A stretch of 64,000 nucleotides of DNA from an uncultured Actinomycetes bacterium (lineage in GTDB: Bacteria > Actinomycetota > Thermoleophilia > Gaiellales > Gaiellaceae): assembly GCA_963819225.1 (NCBI GenBank), contig CAWFVN010000038.1, positions 1,886 to 65,885 on the forward strand, given 5' to 3'. Shown here one piece after another: positions 49,085 to 60,320 of the stretch (position 1 is the stretch's first letter; each line of letters opens with the position of its first letter). The notes under the pieces were generated by a model. It had not been told where the DNA came from, ran no database searches, and was given only the letters and a program-made list of their open reading frames with translations. Made by a program: the position numbers and the translations under genes.

Positions 49085-50075
49085 GCTGAAAGTGATGCGG
49101 GAGGAGTACCTCCCCCCGAAGCCGCCGCCGCGGCGGCACCTGCTCTCGATCGCGGACCTCACGCGCGACGACGTCGAGCGGCTGCTCGGGACGGCGCGGA
49201 GCTTCGAGCGCTCGCTCGAGCGCGAGATGAAGAAGCTCCCGACGCTGCGCGGGCGCCTGGTCCTCAACCTCTTCTTCGAGTCGTCCACGCGCACGAGCTC
49301 GAGCTTCGAGCTCGCGGCGAAGCGGCTCTCGGCCGACACGATGTCGTTCAAGGCGTCCGGCTCGTCCGTCGACAAGGGCGAGTCGCTCAAGGACACCGCG
49401 ATCACGCTCGGCGCCTACGACCCGGACGTGATCGTGATCCGACACGCCGAGATCGGCGCGCCGCAGCTCGTCGCGCGCTGGACGGGCGCGCACGTCGTGA
49501 ACGCCGGCGACGGCAAGCACCAGCACCCGACCCAGGCGCTGCTCGACCTCTACACGCTGAACGAGGAGTTCGGGCGCATCGACGGGCTGCACGTCGCGAT
49601 CGTCGGCGACGTCCTCCACTCGCGGGTCGCTCGCTCGAACATCCAGGCGCTGACCATGATGGGCGCCCGCGTGACGCTCGTCGGCCCGCCGTCGCTGATC
49701 CCGCGCGGGATCGAGGCGCTCGGCTGCGAGACGACGATCGACATCGACGCGATCAAGGCGGCCGACGTGGTCTACGTCCTGCGCATGCAGCGCGAGCGGA
49801 TGCTCGAGGGCGCGAACTACGTCCCGTCGCTGCGCGAGTACGCGGCGCGCTGGGGCGTGACCCCCGAGCGCCTGCGCCCGGGACAGAAGGTGATGCACCC
49901 CGGCCCGATGAACCGCGGGGTCGAGATCGACCCGGTCGTCGCCGACGCGGCCGACGCGCTGATCGAGACGCAGGTGCGCGCAGGGCTCGTCACGCGGATG
50001 GCCGTCCTCTACGACCTGCTCACCCACGGGCCGGTCGCGGTTCAGACCGCCGCCGAGATCCACGAGGTCGCGTGA
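49077..50075 (+). CDS. pyrB: aspartate carbamoyltransferase catalytic subunit
   Basis: 332 aa intact ORF. FFESSTRTSSSFELAAKRL (STRT motif), HPTQALLD and HPGPMNRGVEI. Confidence 0.95.
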   Translation: MAELKVMREEYLPPKPPPRRHLLSIADLTRDDVERLLGTARSFERSLEREMKKLPTLRGRLVLNLFFESSTRTSSSFELAAKRLSADTMSFKASGSSVDKGESLKDTAITLGAYDPDVIVIRHAEIGAPQLVARWTGAHVVNAGDGKHQHPTQALLDLYTLNEEFGRIDGLHVAIVGDVLHSRVARSNIQALTMMGARVTLVGPPSLIPRGIEALGCETTIDIDAIKAADVVYVLRMQRERMLEGANYVPSLREYAARWGVTPERLRPGQKVMHPGPMNRGVEIDPVVADAADALIETQVRAGLVTRMAVLYDLLTHGPVAVQTAAEIHEVA

Positions 50076-51376
50076 TGCTCGTCCGCAAAGACGCACCCGC
50101 CGAGAGCCTGATCGTCACGGGTGCCCGCGTGCTCGACCCGGTGAACGGCGTCGACGCGCAGATCGACGTCCGGATCGACGACGGCGTGATCGCGCAGCTC
50201 GGCACGTCGCTGGAACGGAACGGCCACCGCGTGATCGACGGCGCGGGCCTCGTGCTCGCGCCCGCGTTCGTCGACCCGCACGTGCACCTGCGCGTCCCGG
50301 GCCGCGAGGACGAGGAGACGATCGCCTCCGGGACCGCCGCCGCAGCCGCGGGCGGCTACTGCGCGATCCTCGCGATGCCGAACACCGAGCCCGTCGTCGA
50401 CTCGGCAGCGGTGCTCGGCGCGCTCTTCGAGGACGCGCGGCGCGAGGCCGAGGTTCCGGTCGGCTTCCTCGCGGCGATCACGAAGGGCCAGGCCGGCGGC
50501 GAGCTGACCGAGATGGCCGAGCTCGCCGACGCGGGCGCGGTCGCGTTCTCCGACGACGGCCGCCCGGTGACCGCGCCGGGGCTGATGCGCCGCGCGCTCC
50601 AGTACGGCAGCGTCACGGGCCTGAAGCTCGCGCTGCACTGCGAGGAGCCGACGCTCTCGCGAGGCGGCCACGTGCACGAGGGCCCGGTCTCCGCGGAGCT
50701 CGGCTTCGGCGGCTATCCGTCGATCGCCGAGTCCGTGATGGTCGAGCGCGACCTCTCGCTCGCCGCCTACGAGGAGCGGCCTTTGCACCTTCTTCACCTT
50801 TCCGCGCGAGAATCCGTCGCGGCGCTCCGGGCCGCGCGCGAGTGTGGCGTCGAGGCAACCGCGGAAGTGACACCGCACCACCTCTGTCTCACCGACGAGG
50901 CGGTCAGGACGCTCGACTCGAACTTGAAGATGAACCCGCCTCTCCGAAGCCGCGAAGACCGCGCCGCCCTGATCGACGCGCTGCGCGACGGAACGATCAG
51001 CGCGATCGCGACCGACCACGCCCCGCACGCGCGCCACGAGAAAGAGGTGCCGTTCGAGGCGGCGCCGTTCGGGGTCACCGGCCTCGAGACGGCGTTCAGC
51101 GCGCTCTACACGCATCTCGTCGAGCCCGGCGTGCTCCCGCTCGAGACGATCCTCGAGCGGATGTCGGCCGGGGCCGCGCGCACGTACGGCCTGACCGAGC
51201 CGGCCATCGCGGTCGGCGCCCGCGCGAACCTCGTGCTGCTCGACCTGAACGCGAGCTGGCGCGTCGAGGAGGGCGGCTTCCGCTCCCGCTCGAAGAACTC
51301 GTGGCTCCTCGGCGAGACGCTGCGCGGAAAGGTGCGCGCGACCATCGCCGACGGACGGATGGTGTTCGACGGATGA
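50072..51376 (+). CDS. pyrC: dihydroorotase
   Basis: 434 aa intact ORF. Start GTG 50072 or ATG 50075 overlaps the pyrB stop. FVDPHVHLRVPG (HxH), AMPNTEPV and IATDHAPH. Confidence 0.95.
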   Translation: MMLVRKDAPAESLIVTGARVLDPVNGVDAQIDVRIDDGVIAQLGTSLERNGHRVIDGAGLVLAPAFVDPHVHLRVPGREDEETIASGTAAAAAGGYCAILAMPNTEPVVDSAAVLGALFEDARREAEVPVGFLAAITKGQAGGELTEMAELADAGAVAFSDDGRPVTAPGLMRRALQYGSVTGLKLALHCEEPTLSRGGHVHEGPVSAELGFGGYPSIAESVMVERDLSLAAYEERPLHLLHLSARESVAALRAARECGVEATAEVTPHHLCLTDEAVRTLDSNLKMNPPLRSREDRAALIDALRDGTISAIATDHAPHARHEKEVPFEAAPFGVTGLETAFSALYTHLVEPGVLPLETILERMSAGAARTYGLTEPAIAVGARANLVLLDLNASWRVEEGGFRSRSKNSWLLGETLRGKVRATIADGRMVFDG

Positions 51377-52413
51377 CGGGCTTTCTCGCGCTCGAGGACG
51401 GCACGGTCTTCCGCGGCGAGTCGGTGGCGGCCGAGGGCTTCGCGTTCGGGGAAGCCGTCTTCACGACCGCGATGACGGGCTACCAGGAGGTCGTGACCGA
51501 CCCGAGCTACGCGGAGCAGCTCGTCTGCTTCACCGCGCCGATGATCGGGAACTACGGCGTCGCCGAGGGGCGCTCCGAGTCGAAGCGGCCGCACGCGCGC
51601 GCAGTCCTGATGCGCGAGGCTCGCGGTCCCGCCTGGACCGACTGGCTCCACGAGCGCGGGATCGTCGCGCTCTCGGGGCTCGACACGCGCAGCCTCGTCC
51701 TGAAGCTCCGCGAGGGCGGCGCGATGCGCGCGGCGGTGATCTCCGGCGACGCGTCGCTCGACGAGGTGCAGCGCGCGATCGACGAGCAGCCGCCGATGGC
51801 CGGGCGCGCGCTCGTCCACGACGTCTCGACGCACGAGCCGTACGTCTACTCCGAGCACGGACGCGCGCGCGTCGCGGTCGTCGACTACGGCTGCAAGCGC
51901 TCGATCCTGCGCCGGCTCGCCGGGGCAGGCGCCGCCGTGACGGTCTTTCCGCACGACGTCTCCGCCGACGAGCTCGCGACGTTCGACGGCGTGATGCTGA
52001 CGAACGGGCCCGGCGACCCGGAGCCACTGGTGGACGAGGTCGCCGTCCTGCGCGAGCTGCTCGGACGCGTGCCGGTGCTCGGCATCTGCCTCGGCCACCA
52101 GCTGCTCGGGCTCGCAACCGGGCACGAGACGTACAAGCTGCGCTTCGGACACCGCGGCGCGAACCACCCGGTGCTCGAGCGCGCGACGGGCAAGGTGCTC
52201 GTCACGAGCCAGAACCACGGCTTCGCCGTCGCGCCGACCGACGACAAGGAGGCGACACACGTCTCGCTGTACGACGGCACGGTCGAAGGCTTCGAGTTCT
52301 CCGACCTCCGCGCGCGCTCGGTGCAGTTCCATCCCGAGGCGGGACCGGGGCCGCACGACGCGTGGCCGATCATCAGCGAGTGGATCGAGGAGCTGAGCGC
52401 CGTTGCCGCGTAG
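51373..52413 (+). CDS. carA: carbamoyl-phosphate synthase small (glutaminase) subunit
   Basis: ATG at 51373 overlaps the pyrC stop (ATGA). [17 protein letters not shown], the catalytic triad context GICLGHQLL, and [14 protein letters not shown]. Confidence 0.95.
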   Translation: MTGFLALEDGTVFRGESVAAEGFAFGEAVFTTAMTGYQEVVTDPSYAEQLVCFTAPMIGNYGVAEGRSESKRPHARAVLMREARGPAWTDWLHERGIVALSGLDTRSLVLKLREGGAMRAAVISGDASLDEVQRAIDEQPPMAGRALVHDVSTHEPYVYSEHGRARVAVVDYGCKRSILRRLAGAGAAVTVFPHDVSADELATFDGVMLTNGPGDPEPLVDEVAVLRELLGRVPVLGICLGHQLLGLATGHETYKLRFGHRGANHPVLERATGKVLVTSQNHGFAVAPTDDKEATHVSLYDGTVEGFEFSDLRARSVQFHPEAGPGPHDAWPIISEWIEELSAVAA

Positions 52414-55400
52414 GCGCGACCTCAAGTCGATCTGCCTGATCGGCTCCGGCCCGATCGTGATCGGCCAGGCGTGCGAGTTCGACTACTCGGGCTCGCAGGC
52501 GCTCAAGGTCCTCCGCGAGGACGGCTTCCGCACGATCGTCGTCAACTCGAACCCCGCGACGATCATGACCGACCCCGGCTTCGCCGACCGCACGTACATC
52601 GAGCCGCTCGACGTCGAGGGAGTCGCCGACGTGCTCGGCCGCGAGCGGCCCGACGCGCTGCTGCCGACGATGGGCGGTCAGACCGGGCTCAACCTCGCCG
52701 CGGAGCTCGCCGCCGACGGACTGCTCGACGCGCTCGGGATCGAGCTGATCGGCGCGCCGCTCGACGTGATCCGGCGCGCCGAGGATCGCGAGCTCTTCCG
52801 CGACGCCGTGCACAGCTGCGGCCTGCAGACGCCGAAGTCGAAGATCGTCACCGGCCCGGGCCAGCTCGGCGGGATCTCGCTGCCGGCGGTCGTTCGTCCG
52901 GCGTTCACGCTCGGCGGTCACGGCGGCGGCTTCGCGGAGACGAGGGACGAGCTTCGGCGCCAGGTCGAGACCGGGCTCCGCGAGTCGCCCGTCAACCAGG
53001 TGCTCGTCGAGGAGTCGATCCGCGGCTGGGACGAGTTCGAGCTCGAGATCATGCGCGACAAGAAGGACAACGTCGTGATCGTCTGCTCGATCGAGAACCT
53101 CGACCCGATGGGCGTGCACACGGGTGACTCGGTCACGGTCGCGCCGCAGATGACGCTCTCCGACCACGCGTACCAGGAGCTCCGCGACGCGGCCGCCGCG
53201 ATCGTGCGCGCCGTCGGGATCGAGTCGGGCGGTTCGAACATCCAGTTCGCGCGCAACCGCGACACGGGCGACCTGCGCGTGATCGAGATGAACCCGCGCG
53301 TCTCGCGCTCGTCGGCGCTCGCCTCGAAGGCGACGGGCTACCCGATCGCCAAGGTCGCGGCGAAGCTCGCCGTCGGCTACACGCTCGACGAGATCCCGAA
53401 CGACCTGACGAAGACGACGCCGGCGAGCTTCGAGCCGACGCTCGACTACGTCGTCGTCAAGTTCCCGCGGTTCGCCTTCGAGAAGTTCCCCGGCGCCGAC
53501 CGCACGCTCGGCACGCAGATGAAGAGCGTGGGGGAGACGATGGGCATCGGCCGCACGTTCACCGAGGCGTTCCTGAAGGCGAAGCGCTCGCGCGAGATCG
53601 ACGACGAGTGGAACCCGGAGAACATGCACCCCTGGTTCGTCGCCGAGCTCGAGCCGTCGTCCGCGACATGCTGGAGCGTCTGAGCTCGCTCGACGATCTC
53701 GTCGAGGCCGACTGGCTTCGCCTGAAGCGCTCGGGCTTGTCCGACGGCGACATCGCCGCAGCCTGCGGCGCGACCGAGGGCGAAGCGCGCTCCCGGCGGA
53801 AAGCCTGGGCCGTCAGGCCCGCTTTCCGGCGGGTCGACTCGTGCGGCGGCGAGGTCGAGGCCGAGTCGAACTACCTCTACTCCACCTGGGGCGAGGCCGA
53901 CGAGGCGCCGCCGGAGCCCGGCCGCTCGGTCGTGATCCTCGGCTCCGGCCCGAACCGGATCGGCCAGGGGATCGAGTTCGACTACTGCTGCGTCCACGCC
54001 GCGCAGACCTTCCGCGAGCTCGGCTACGAGGCCGTGATGGTCAACTGCAACCCGGAGACGGTCTCCACCGACTACGACACGTCGGACCGCCTGTACTTCG
54101 AGCCGCTCGGGATCGAGGAGGTGCTGGCGGTGCTGGAGCGCGAGCAGCCGGTCGGCGTCGTGATCCAGTTCGGCGGCCAGACGCCGCTCAAGCTCGCGCG
54201 GGCGATCGAGCACGCCGGCTTCACCATCCTCGGGACGCCGTTCGACGCGGTCGACCTCGCGGAGGATCGCGAGCGCTTCGCCGCGCTCGCCGACCGCCTC
54301 GGCGTGCAGTGCCCGGCGTGGGGGATGGCCGAGACCGCCGACGAGGCCGTCGAGGTCGCCGAGCGCGTCGGCTACCCCGTGCTCGTCCGGCCCTCGTACG
54401 TCCTCGGCGGGCGCGCGATGCGCGTCTGTTACGACGAGGATCAGGTCCGCGACGCGATCGCCTCGGTCGAGGGCAAGGTGCTCGTCGACCGCTTCCTCGA
54501 GAACGCGATCGAGATCGACGTCGACGCGGTCTGCGACGGCCACGAGACGTACGTCGGCGCGGTCATGCAGCACGTCGAGGAGGCCGGTGTGCACTCCGGC
54601 GACTCCGCGTGCGTCCTGCCCGCCCAGTCGCTGACGCCGCAGCAGGCGGCGGACGTCGACGCGTTCGTGCGGCGACTCGGCCCTGCGCTCGGCGTCGTCG
54701 GTCTCCTGAACGTGCAGCTCGCGATCGCCGGTCGCGAGGTGTACGTGCTCGAGGTGAACCCGCGCGCGTCGCGCACGGTGCCGTTCGTGAGCAAGGCGAC
54801 GGGCGTCAACCTCGTCGACGCCGCGTGCCGGCTCTCGGCCGGCAAGACGATCGCGGAGCTCGGCCTGCCGCGACGCGCGACACCGCACGAGGTGAGCGTC
54901 AAGGCCGCGGTGCTTCCGTTCCACCGCTTCCCCGGCGCCGACCCGGTGCTCGGTCCCGAGATGCGCTCGACGGGAGAAGTGATGGCGACCGCCGCCGACC
55001 TGCCGACCGCGTTCGCGAAAGCGGAGCGCGCCGCGGGACGCCGGCTGCCGACGAGCGGCACCGCTTTTCTGACGGTGCGCGACGCCGACAAGCAGAACGC
55101 CGTTCCCGTCGCGGCGGCGCTCGCCGGTCTCGGCTTCAAGCTCACCGCGACCGCGGGGACTGCGCGCACGCTCTCCGGCGCCGGCCTCGACGTCGAGATC
55201 GTCGAGAAGGGTCGCACCGTCGTCGACCAGATTCGCAAGGGCAAGGTCGACCTCGTCGTGAACACGCCGCAGGGTCGCGGCGCGCGCACCGACGGCTACG
55301 CGATCCGCGAGGCGGCGCTCGTCGCCCGCGTGCCGTGCATCACGACGCTGTCGGGAGCGTCCGCCGCCGTGCACGCGATCGCGCACGCGCGAACCGAGAT

Positions 55401-55446
55401 CGCCAAGTCGCTGCAGGAGCGCATCGATGAAGCGCGCTCGGCTTAG
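52403..55446 (+). CDS. carB: carbamoyl-phosphate synthase large subunit (one apparent frameshift)
   Basis: TTG at 52403. [24 protein letters not shown] and [21 protein letters not shown] shift near 53651 joins ORF 52403-53683 to ORF 53608-55446 (second ATP-grasp half [40 protein letters not shown]-like C-terminus). Confidence 0.95.
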
Positions 55447-56090
55447 CGTCGTCGGCAACGAACAAGTCGGCCCGTACTCTCTTGGTCCGGGTCGAGTGCG
55501 GAGCACTCGATCCCGGCGCATCCGGGTCAGTTCTTCATGCTCGAGGCGCCGGGCCGCGTGCTGCCGAGGCCGATGTCGGTCTGCCTCGCGCCGCCGGGTG
55601 AGCTCGCGTTCCTGATCGACCCGATCGGCCCCGGCACCCGCGCCCTGTGCGCGCTCGAGCCGGGCGAGGCGATCCACGTGCTCGGGCCGCTCGGGAACGG
55701 CTTCCGGCTCGACGTCGAGCGCCCGCTGCTCGTCGGCGGCGGGATCGGGATCGCACCGCTGCCGTTCCTCTCCGAGCGCCTCGGCGCGCCCGCCGGCGCT
55801 GCTCGGCTTCCGCTCCGAGTGGCACGCCGAGGCGGCGGCGCTCGTGCCGAACGCCGAGGTCGTGATCGAGCCGACGTACGTCACCGAGGCGATGCCGGAC
55901 GGCCACGACGTCCTGGCCTGCGGGCCCGAGCCGATGCTCGAGGCCGTGCGAGAGCTCGCGCCCGACGCGCAGCTCGCGTGGGAGGCGCCGATGGCCTGCG
56001 GGTACGGCGCGTGCTACGGCTGCGTCGTCGAGGTCGGCGGCGAGCTGAAGCGACTCTGCGTGGAAGGGCCCGGTCCTTGCTGCTGCTTAA
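55427..56090 (+). CDS. pyrK: dihydroorotate dehydrogenase electron-transfer (FAD/2Fe-2S) subunit (2-3 apparent frameshifts)
   Basis: ATG at 55427 overlaps the carB end. GQFFMLEAPGRVLPRPMSV, LVGGGIGIAPL, and the Fe-S cluster motif MACGYGACYGCVV...KRLCVEGP. Stop TAA at 56088-56090 is reached only if one C of GGGCCCGG (about 56066-56073) is removed. Confidence 0.75.
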
Positions 56091-56946
56091 CGGGTCCGGC
56101 TGCCTCGACGCGCTCACCGCGCCGGACGTCGCGCGCGCGCTCGACGCGTTCGTGACGAAGACGATCACGCCGCTGCCGCGCGAAGGCAACGCGCCCGTGC
56201 GGATCGCCGAGACCGAGCACGGGATGTTGAACGCGATCGGCCTCGCCAACCCGGGACGCGACGCGTTCCTCGAGGACGTCCTGCCGCGGCTGCGCGAGCT
56301 CGGCGTTCCGATCTGGGTCTCCGTCGGGGGGTTTGCCGCGGACGACTACGCGGAGACGTGCGCCGCGCTCTCGGACGTGACGATCGAGCTCAACCTCTCG
56401 TGCCCGAACGTCGACGAGGCGCCGGAGTCGGCCGCCGAGATCGTCGCGGCGTGCCGGGCGGCCACCGAGCTGCCGCTGTACGCGAAGCTCTCGCCGGCGA
56501 CCTGGGACGTCGCCGAGACCGCGCGGGCGGTCGAAGCTGCGGGAGCCGACGGGCTCTCGCTCGTGAACACGATCCGCGGCCTCGCGCTCGACGAGCGGAC
56601 CCTGCGTCCGACGCTCGAGCGCGGAGCGGGCGGCTACTCGGGCCCCGCGCTCAAGCCGATCGCGCTCGCGGCGGTCTACGCGTGTGCGCGCGCGACGTCG
56701 CTGCCGATCGTCGGGATGGGCGGCGTCCGCTCCGGTCGCGACGCGCTCGAGCTGATCGCGGCGGGAGCATCCGCGGTCGCGCTGGGAACGGTGCTGTTCG
56801 CCGACCCCGACGCGCCGGCCCGCGTCCGCGCAGAACTCGACGTCGAACGGAGCGCACGAGGCTTCGAGTCCGCGGACGACGCTCGCGGAATCGCGCATCG
56901 GACCGACGCGCGCGAACGCGCCGACGTGCACGCGAACGTGCGCTGA
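56077..56946 (+). CDS. pyrD: dihydroorotate dehydrogenase catalytic subunit, class 1B (N-terminus short or uncertain)
   Basis: In frame with ORF 55537-56946. NGSGC, MLNAIGLANPG, ELNLSCPNV, YAKLSP, GLSLVNT and IVGMGGV are present. The first usable start is TTG 56077, about 11 residues shorter than typical PyrD N-termini. Confidence 0.8.
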   Translation: MLLLNGSGCLDALTAPDVARALDAFVTKTITPLPREGNAPVRIAETEHGMLNAIGLANPGRDAFLEDVLPRLRELGVPIWVSVGGFAADDYAETCAALSDVTIELNLSCPNVDEAPESAAEIVAACRAATELPLYAKLSPATWDVAETARAVEAAGADGLSLVNTIRGLALDERTLRPTLERGAGGYSGPALKPIALAAVYACARATSLPIVGMGGVRSGRDALELIAAGASAVALGTVLFADPDAPARVRAELDVERSARGFESADDARGIAHRTDARERADVHANVR

Positions 56947-57000
56947 CGATCTGCTCGACAGAGGTTGCAGTGCTCTGACGACTTGTTAGACTCCCGCGCC

Positions 57001-57330
57001 ATGGTCTCGCCCAAGACCCAGGCGCAAGCGCCCTTGCGCTCACTCGATCAGCGCATGGAAGCGCTGGCTCGGGCGAACGATATCCGGGTCAAGAGGGCGA
57101 GGCTCAAGAAGGACTTGAAGGACGGTCACGTGCGCATCGATTCGATCCTGCGCAACCCGCCCGAGTACGTCGAGACGGCGAAGGTGTTCGACATCCTGAT
57201 GGCCGTCCCGAAGTTCGGCCGCGTGAAGGCCGCACGGTTCCTCAACCAGGCCCGGATCAGCCAGGCGAAGACGGTCGGCGGCCTGTCGGAGCGGCAGCGG
57301 TCGGAGCTCGTTGGGCTCTTCAATCGCTAA
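57001..57330 (+). CDS. mihF: actinobacterial integration host factor MihF
   Basis: ATG at 57001 inside ORF 56965-57330. RSLDQRMEALARANDIRVKRARLKKDLKDG...AKVFDILMAVPKFGRVKAARFLNQARISQAKTVGGLSERQRSEL. Lies immediately upstream of gmk-rpoZ, as in other Actinomycetota. Confidence 0.8.
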   Translation: MVSPKTQAQAPLRSLDQRMEALARANDIRVKRARLKKDLKDGHVRIDSILRNPPEYVETAKVFDILMAVPKFGRVKAARFLNQARISQAKTVGGLSERQRSELVGLFNR

Positions 57331-57911
57331 GAAGCCGCCGGTCTTCGTGATCACCGGCACCTCGGGTGCCGGCAAGGGGACGCTCGTCCAGGAGCTGCTG
57401 CAGGCGCGTGCCGGAGGTGGCGCTCGCGGTGTCCGCGACGACCCGCGGACGCCGCCCGGGCGAGGTCGAAGGCGTCCACTACTGGTTCATCTCCGACGAG
57501 GAGTTCGACCGGCGGCTCGCCGAGGACGACTTCCTCGAGTACTACGCGTTCCCGTGGGGGCAGCGGTCGGGGACGCTCTGGTCGGAGCTCGACCGCATCC
57601 GCGACCAGGGGAAGGCGCCGTTGCTCGAGCTCGAGCCGAACGGCGCGCTCGCCGTCAAGGGCCGCGTCCCCGACGCCGTCCTCTTCTTCATCCACGCACC
57701 GGACTTCGAGGAGCTCGAGCGCCGCCTGCGGGAACGCGCCACCGAGAGCGCGGGGGAGATCGAGGAGCGGCTCGCGCTCTCGCGCCGACAGCTCGATCAG
57801 GCGGAGCAATGCGACTTTCTGATCGTGAACGACGAGGTGGAGCGGGCCGCAGAGGAGCTCGCCGGGATCGTTCGACGGGCGCTGGATGGTGCAGCTACCA
57901 TGCCCACGTGA
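57311..57911 (+). CDS. gmk: guanylate kinase (one apparent frameshift)
   Basis: P-loop FVITGTSGAGKGTL. A shift near 57400 joins to ORF 57366-57911 (VSATTRGRRPGEVEGVHYWF, EYYAF). The start (TTG 57311) is uncertain. Confidence 0.85.
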
Positions 57912-58138
57912 TCCACCCACGCCTCGATGAGCTCCTGGACAACGTCGACTCGCGCTACGCGCTCGTCATCGTCACCGCCAAGCGGGCTCGCCAGATCAAC
58001 AACTACTACCAGCAGCTCGGTGAGGGCACCTACGAGGACTTTCCTCCGCCGCTCGTCGAGTCTCGCTCGAAGAACTACTTGACCATGGCCATGGAGGAAA
58101 CAGCTCAGGGCATGATCAAGTACACGTATCCCAAGTAG
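57908..58138 (+). CDS. rpoZ: DNA-directed RNA polymerase subunit omega
   Basis: GTG at 57908 overlaps the gmk stop (GTGA); 76 aa. LDELLDNVDSRYALVIVTAKRARQIN is the conserved omega core. Confidence 0.85.
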   Translation: MIHPRLDELLDNVDSRYALVIVTAKRARQINNYYQQLGEGTYEDFPPPLVESRSKNYLTMAMEETAQGMIKYTYPK

Positions 58139-58196
58139 CTCGGGAGCCGGTTTCCCCAGCTGAGGGTCGTTTTCGGGCGCCGCTTGTCGGCACAAT

Positions 58197-59372
58197 GTGC
58201 CCGTGGCCAAGATCCTGGTTGGCGTCACCGGCGGGATTGCCGCTTACAAGTCGTGTGAGCTCGTTCGGCTGCTCGTCAAGGCCGGACACGACGTCGTGCC
58301 GCTCGTCACCGACGGGGCCGACCGGTTCGTCCGGCGGGAGACCTTCTTCGCGCTCGCCAGGCGGGAGCCGCGGGAGGACCTCTACGCGCACCTGACCCGG
58401 GCCGATCTCTACGTGATCGCGCCCCTCACGGCCAACACCTTGGCGAAGCTCGCTCACGGGATCGCGGACAACCTCGTCAGCGAAGCAGCGCTCGCGCACC
58501 GCGGGCCGCTCCTCGTGGCGCCGGCGATGAACCCCCGCATGTGGGCGAGCCCGGCGACCCAGGCGAACGTGTCCGCGATCAGGGGTCGCGGGGTCGAGCT
58601 GATCGGGCCCGACGAGGGCGAGATGGCCGAGGGCGAATGGGGCGTGGGGCGGATGTCGGAGCCCGAGGAGATCTTCGAGGCGTGCGCGGCGCTCCTCGCG
58701 AAGCGCGAGCAGCTGCTCGGCAGACGCATGCTCGTGACCGCCGGCGGCACCCGCGAGCCGCTCGACGACGTGCGCTTCGTCGGCAACCGCTCGTCCGGGC
58801 GGATGGGAGTGGCGCTCGCGGAGGAAGCGCGGCGCCGAGGGGCCGAGGTCACGCTCGTCGCAGCGAACCTCGCGGTGCCGGCACCCGGGGGAATCGAGCT
58901 CGTCGCGGCGCCGAGCGCCGCGGACGTCGAGCGCGAGGTGCTCTCACGGGCGGACGACGCCGACGTGGTCGTGATGGCCGCCGCCGTCGCCGACTACCGG
59001 CCCGCCGAGGCCGTCGCCGGCAAGCGGGGCAAGGACGGCGCAGCCTGGACGCTGGAGCTCGAGCCGACCACCGACGTCCTGCGAGCCCTCGGCGAGCGCG
59101 AGGACGGACCGCTCCTCGTCGGCTTTGCGGCCGAGTCCGGCGGCGGAATCGAGCGTGCTCGGCAGAAGCTCACTGACAAGAAGGTGAACCTCGTCGTCTT
59201 CAATGACGTATCACGGGGAGACATCGGGTTCGACTCGGAGGAGAACGAGGTGACGCTGATCGGCAGGGACGGCGAACGGCAGGTCGAGAAGGCGCCGAAG
59301 CGCGCCGTCGCGGGAGCGATCCTCGACGAGGTCGCGCGGCTGCTCGAGGAGGCCGATGGACGCGGTCGGTAG
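58197..59372 (+). CDS. coaBC: bifunctional phosphopantothenoylcysteine decarboxylase / phosphopantothenate--cysteine ligase
   Basis: 391 aa intact ORF. Flavoprotein N-domain ILVGVTGGIAAYKSCELVRLL and PAMNPRMW. CoaB domain VTAGGTREPLDDVRFVGNRSSGRMG and AAAVADYRP. Confidence 0.9.
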   Translation: MPVAKILVGVTGGIAAYKSCELVRLLVKAGHDVVPLVTDGADRFVRRETFFALARREPREDLYAHLTRADLYVIAPLTANTLAKLAHGIADNLVSEAALAHRGPLLVAPAMNPRMWASPATQANVSAIRGRGVELIGPDEGEMAEGEWGVGRMSEPEEIFEACAALLAKREQLLGRRMLVTAGGTREPLDDVRFVGNRSSGRMGVALAEEARRRGAEVTLVAANLAVPAPGGIELVAAPSAADVEREVLSRADDADVVVMAAAVADYRPAEAVAGKRGKDGAAWTLELEPTTDVLRALGEREDGPLLVGFAAESGGGIERARQKLTDKKVNLVVFNDVSRGDIGFDSEENEVTLIGRDGERQVEKAPKRAVAGAILDEVARLLEEADGRGR

Positions 59373-60320
59373 TCGCGCGGTCCCCGTCGGCGACGCGCAG
59401 CGGACGATCGCGTCGGTCGTCGAGAACCTGCAGCGGGTGGTCCACGCGCCCGAGGACACCTTCGGCTCGTCGTGCTCTGCCTGGTCGCCGAGGGCCACCT
59501 GATCATCGAGGACTTGCCCGGCGTCGGGAAGACGACGCTCGCGAAGGCACTCGCCCGCTCGCTCGACGTCTCCTTCTCGCGCCTCCAGTTCACCCCCGAC
59601 CTGATGCCCTCCGACGTGACCGGCGTGAACGTCTTCAACCAGGCGCAGAACGAGTTCGAGTTCCGGCCCGGCCCGGTCTTCGCGAACCTCCTCCTGGTCG
59701 ACGAGATCAACCGCGCCTCGCCCAAGACGCAGTCGGCGCTCCTCGAGTGCATGCAGGAGCGGCAGGTGACGGTCGACGGCTTCTCGTACGAGCTCGCGCC
59801 GCCCTTCATGGTCATGGCGACCCAGAACCCGATCGAGTACGAGGGCACCTACCCGCTGCCGGAGGCGCAGCTCGACCGCTTCGCGATGCGCGTGGCGATC
59901 GGCTACCCGACGCTCGCCGACGAGGCCCGGATGCTCTCCGAGCAGACGTCGGGCTCGCCGCTGGAGTCGCTCGTGCCGGTCACGAACGGGCAGGAGGTCC
60001 TCGCGCTGGTGGCAGAGGCGCAGGCGATCTTCGTCGAGGAGAGCGTCAACCGGTACGTGGTCGCGCTGCTCCGCCACACGCGCGCGGACTCGCGGCTCTA
60101 CCTCGGCGGCAGTCCGCGGGCGGGGATCTCGCTCGTGCGCGTCGCGAAGGCCCGCGCGCTCGCCCACGGGCGCGACTACCTCGCTCCGGACGACGTCAAG
60201 GCGATCGCCGAGGCCGTGCTCTCGCACCGGCTGATCGTCGCGCCCGAGGCGCGCGCGGCGGGGACGACGAGCGTCGACCTCGTCCGCGACGCGCTCGACA
60301 AGACTCCCGTCCCGGTCTGA
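59356..60320 (+). CDS. MoxR-family AAA+ ATPase (one apparent frameshift)
   Basis: ATG at 59356 overlaps the coaBC end by 17 nt. A shift near 59455 leads to ORF 59472-60320. Walker A EDLPGVGKTTLAK, Walker B LLLVDEINRASPKTQSALLE, then MATQNPIEYEGTYPLPEAQLDRF. Confidence 0.85.

Noticed and set aside
55537-56076. A long N-terminal extension of pyrD, i.e. a PyrK-PyrD fusion as suggested by ORF 55537-56946.
   Set aside because: In that frame the upstream part is Arg-rich nonsense (RRRGRRRAEATLRGRARS). The PyrK motifs read in the other frames, so the apparent long ORF is an artefact of frame overlap.
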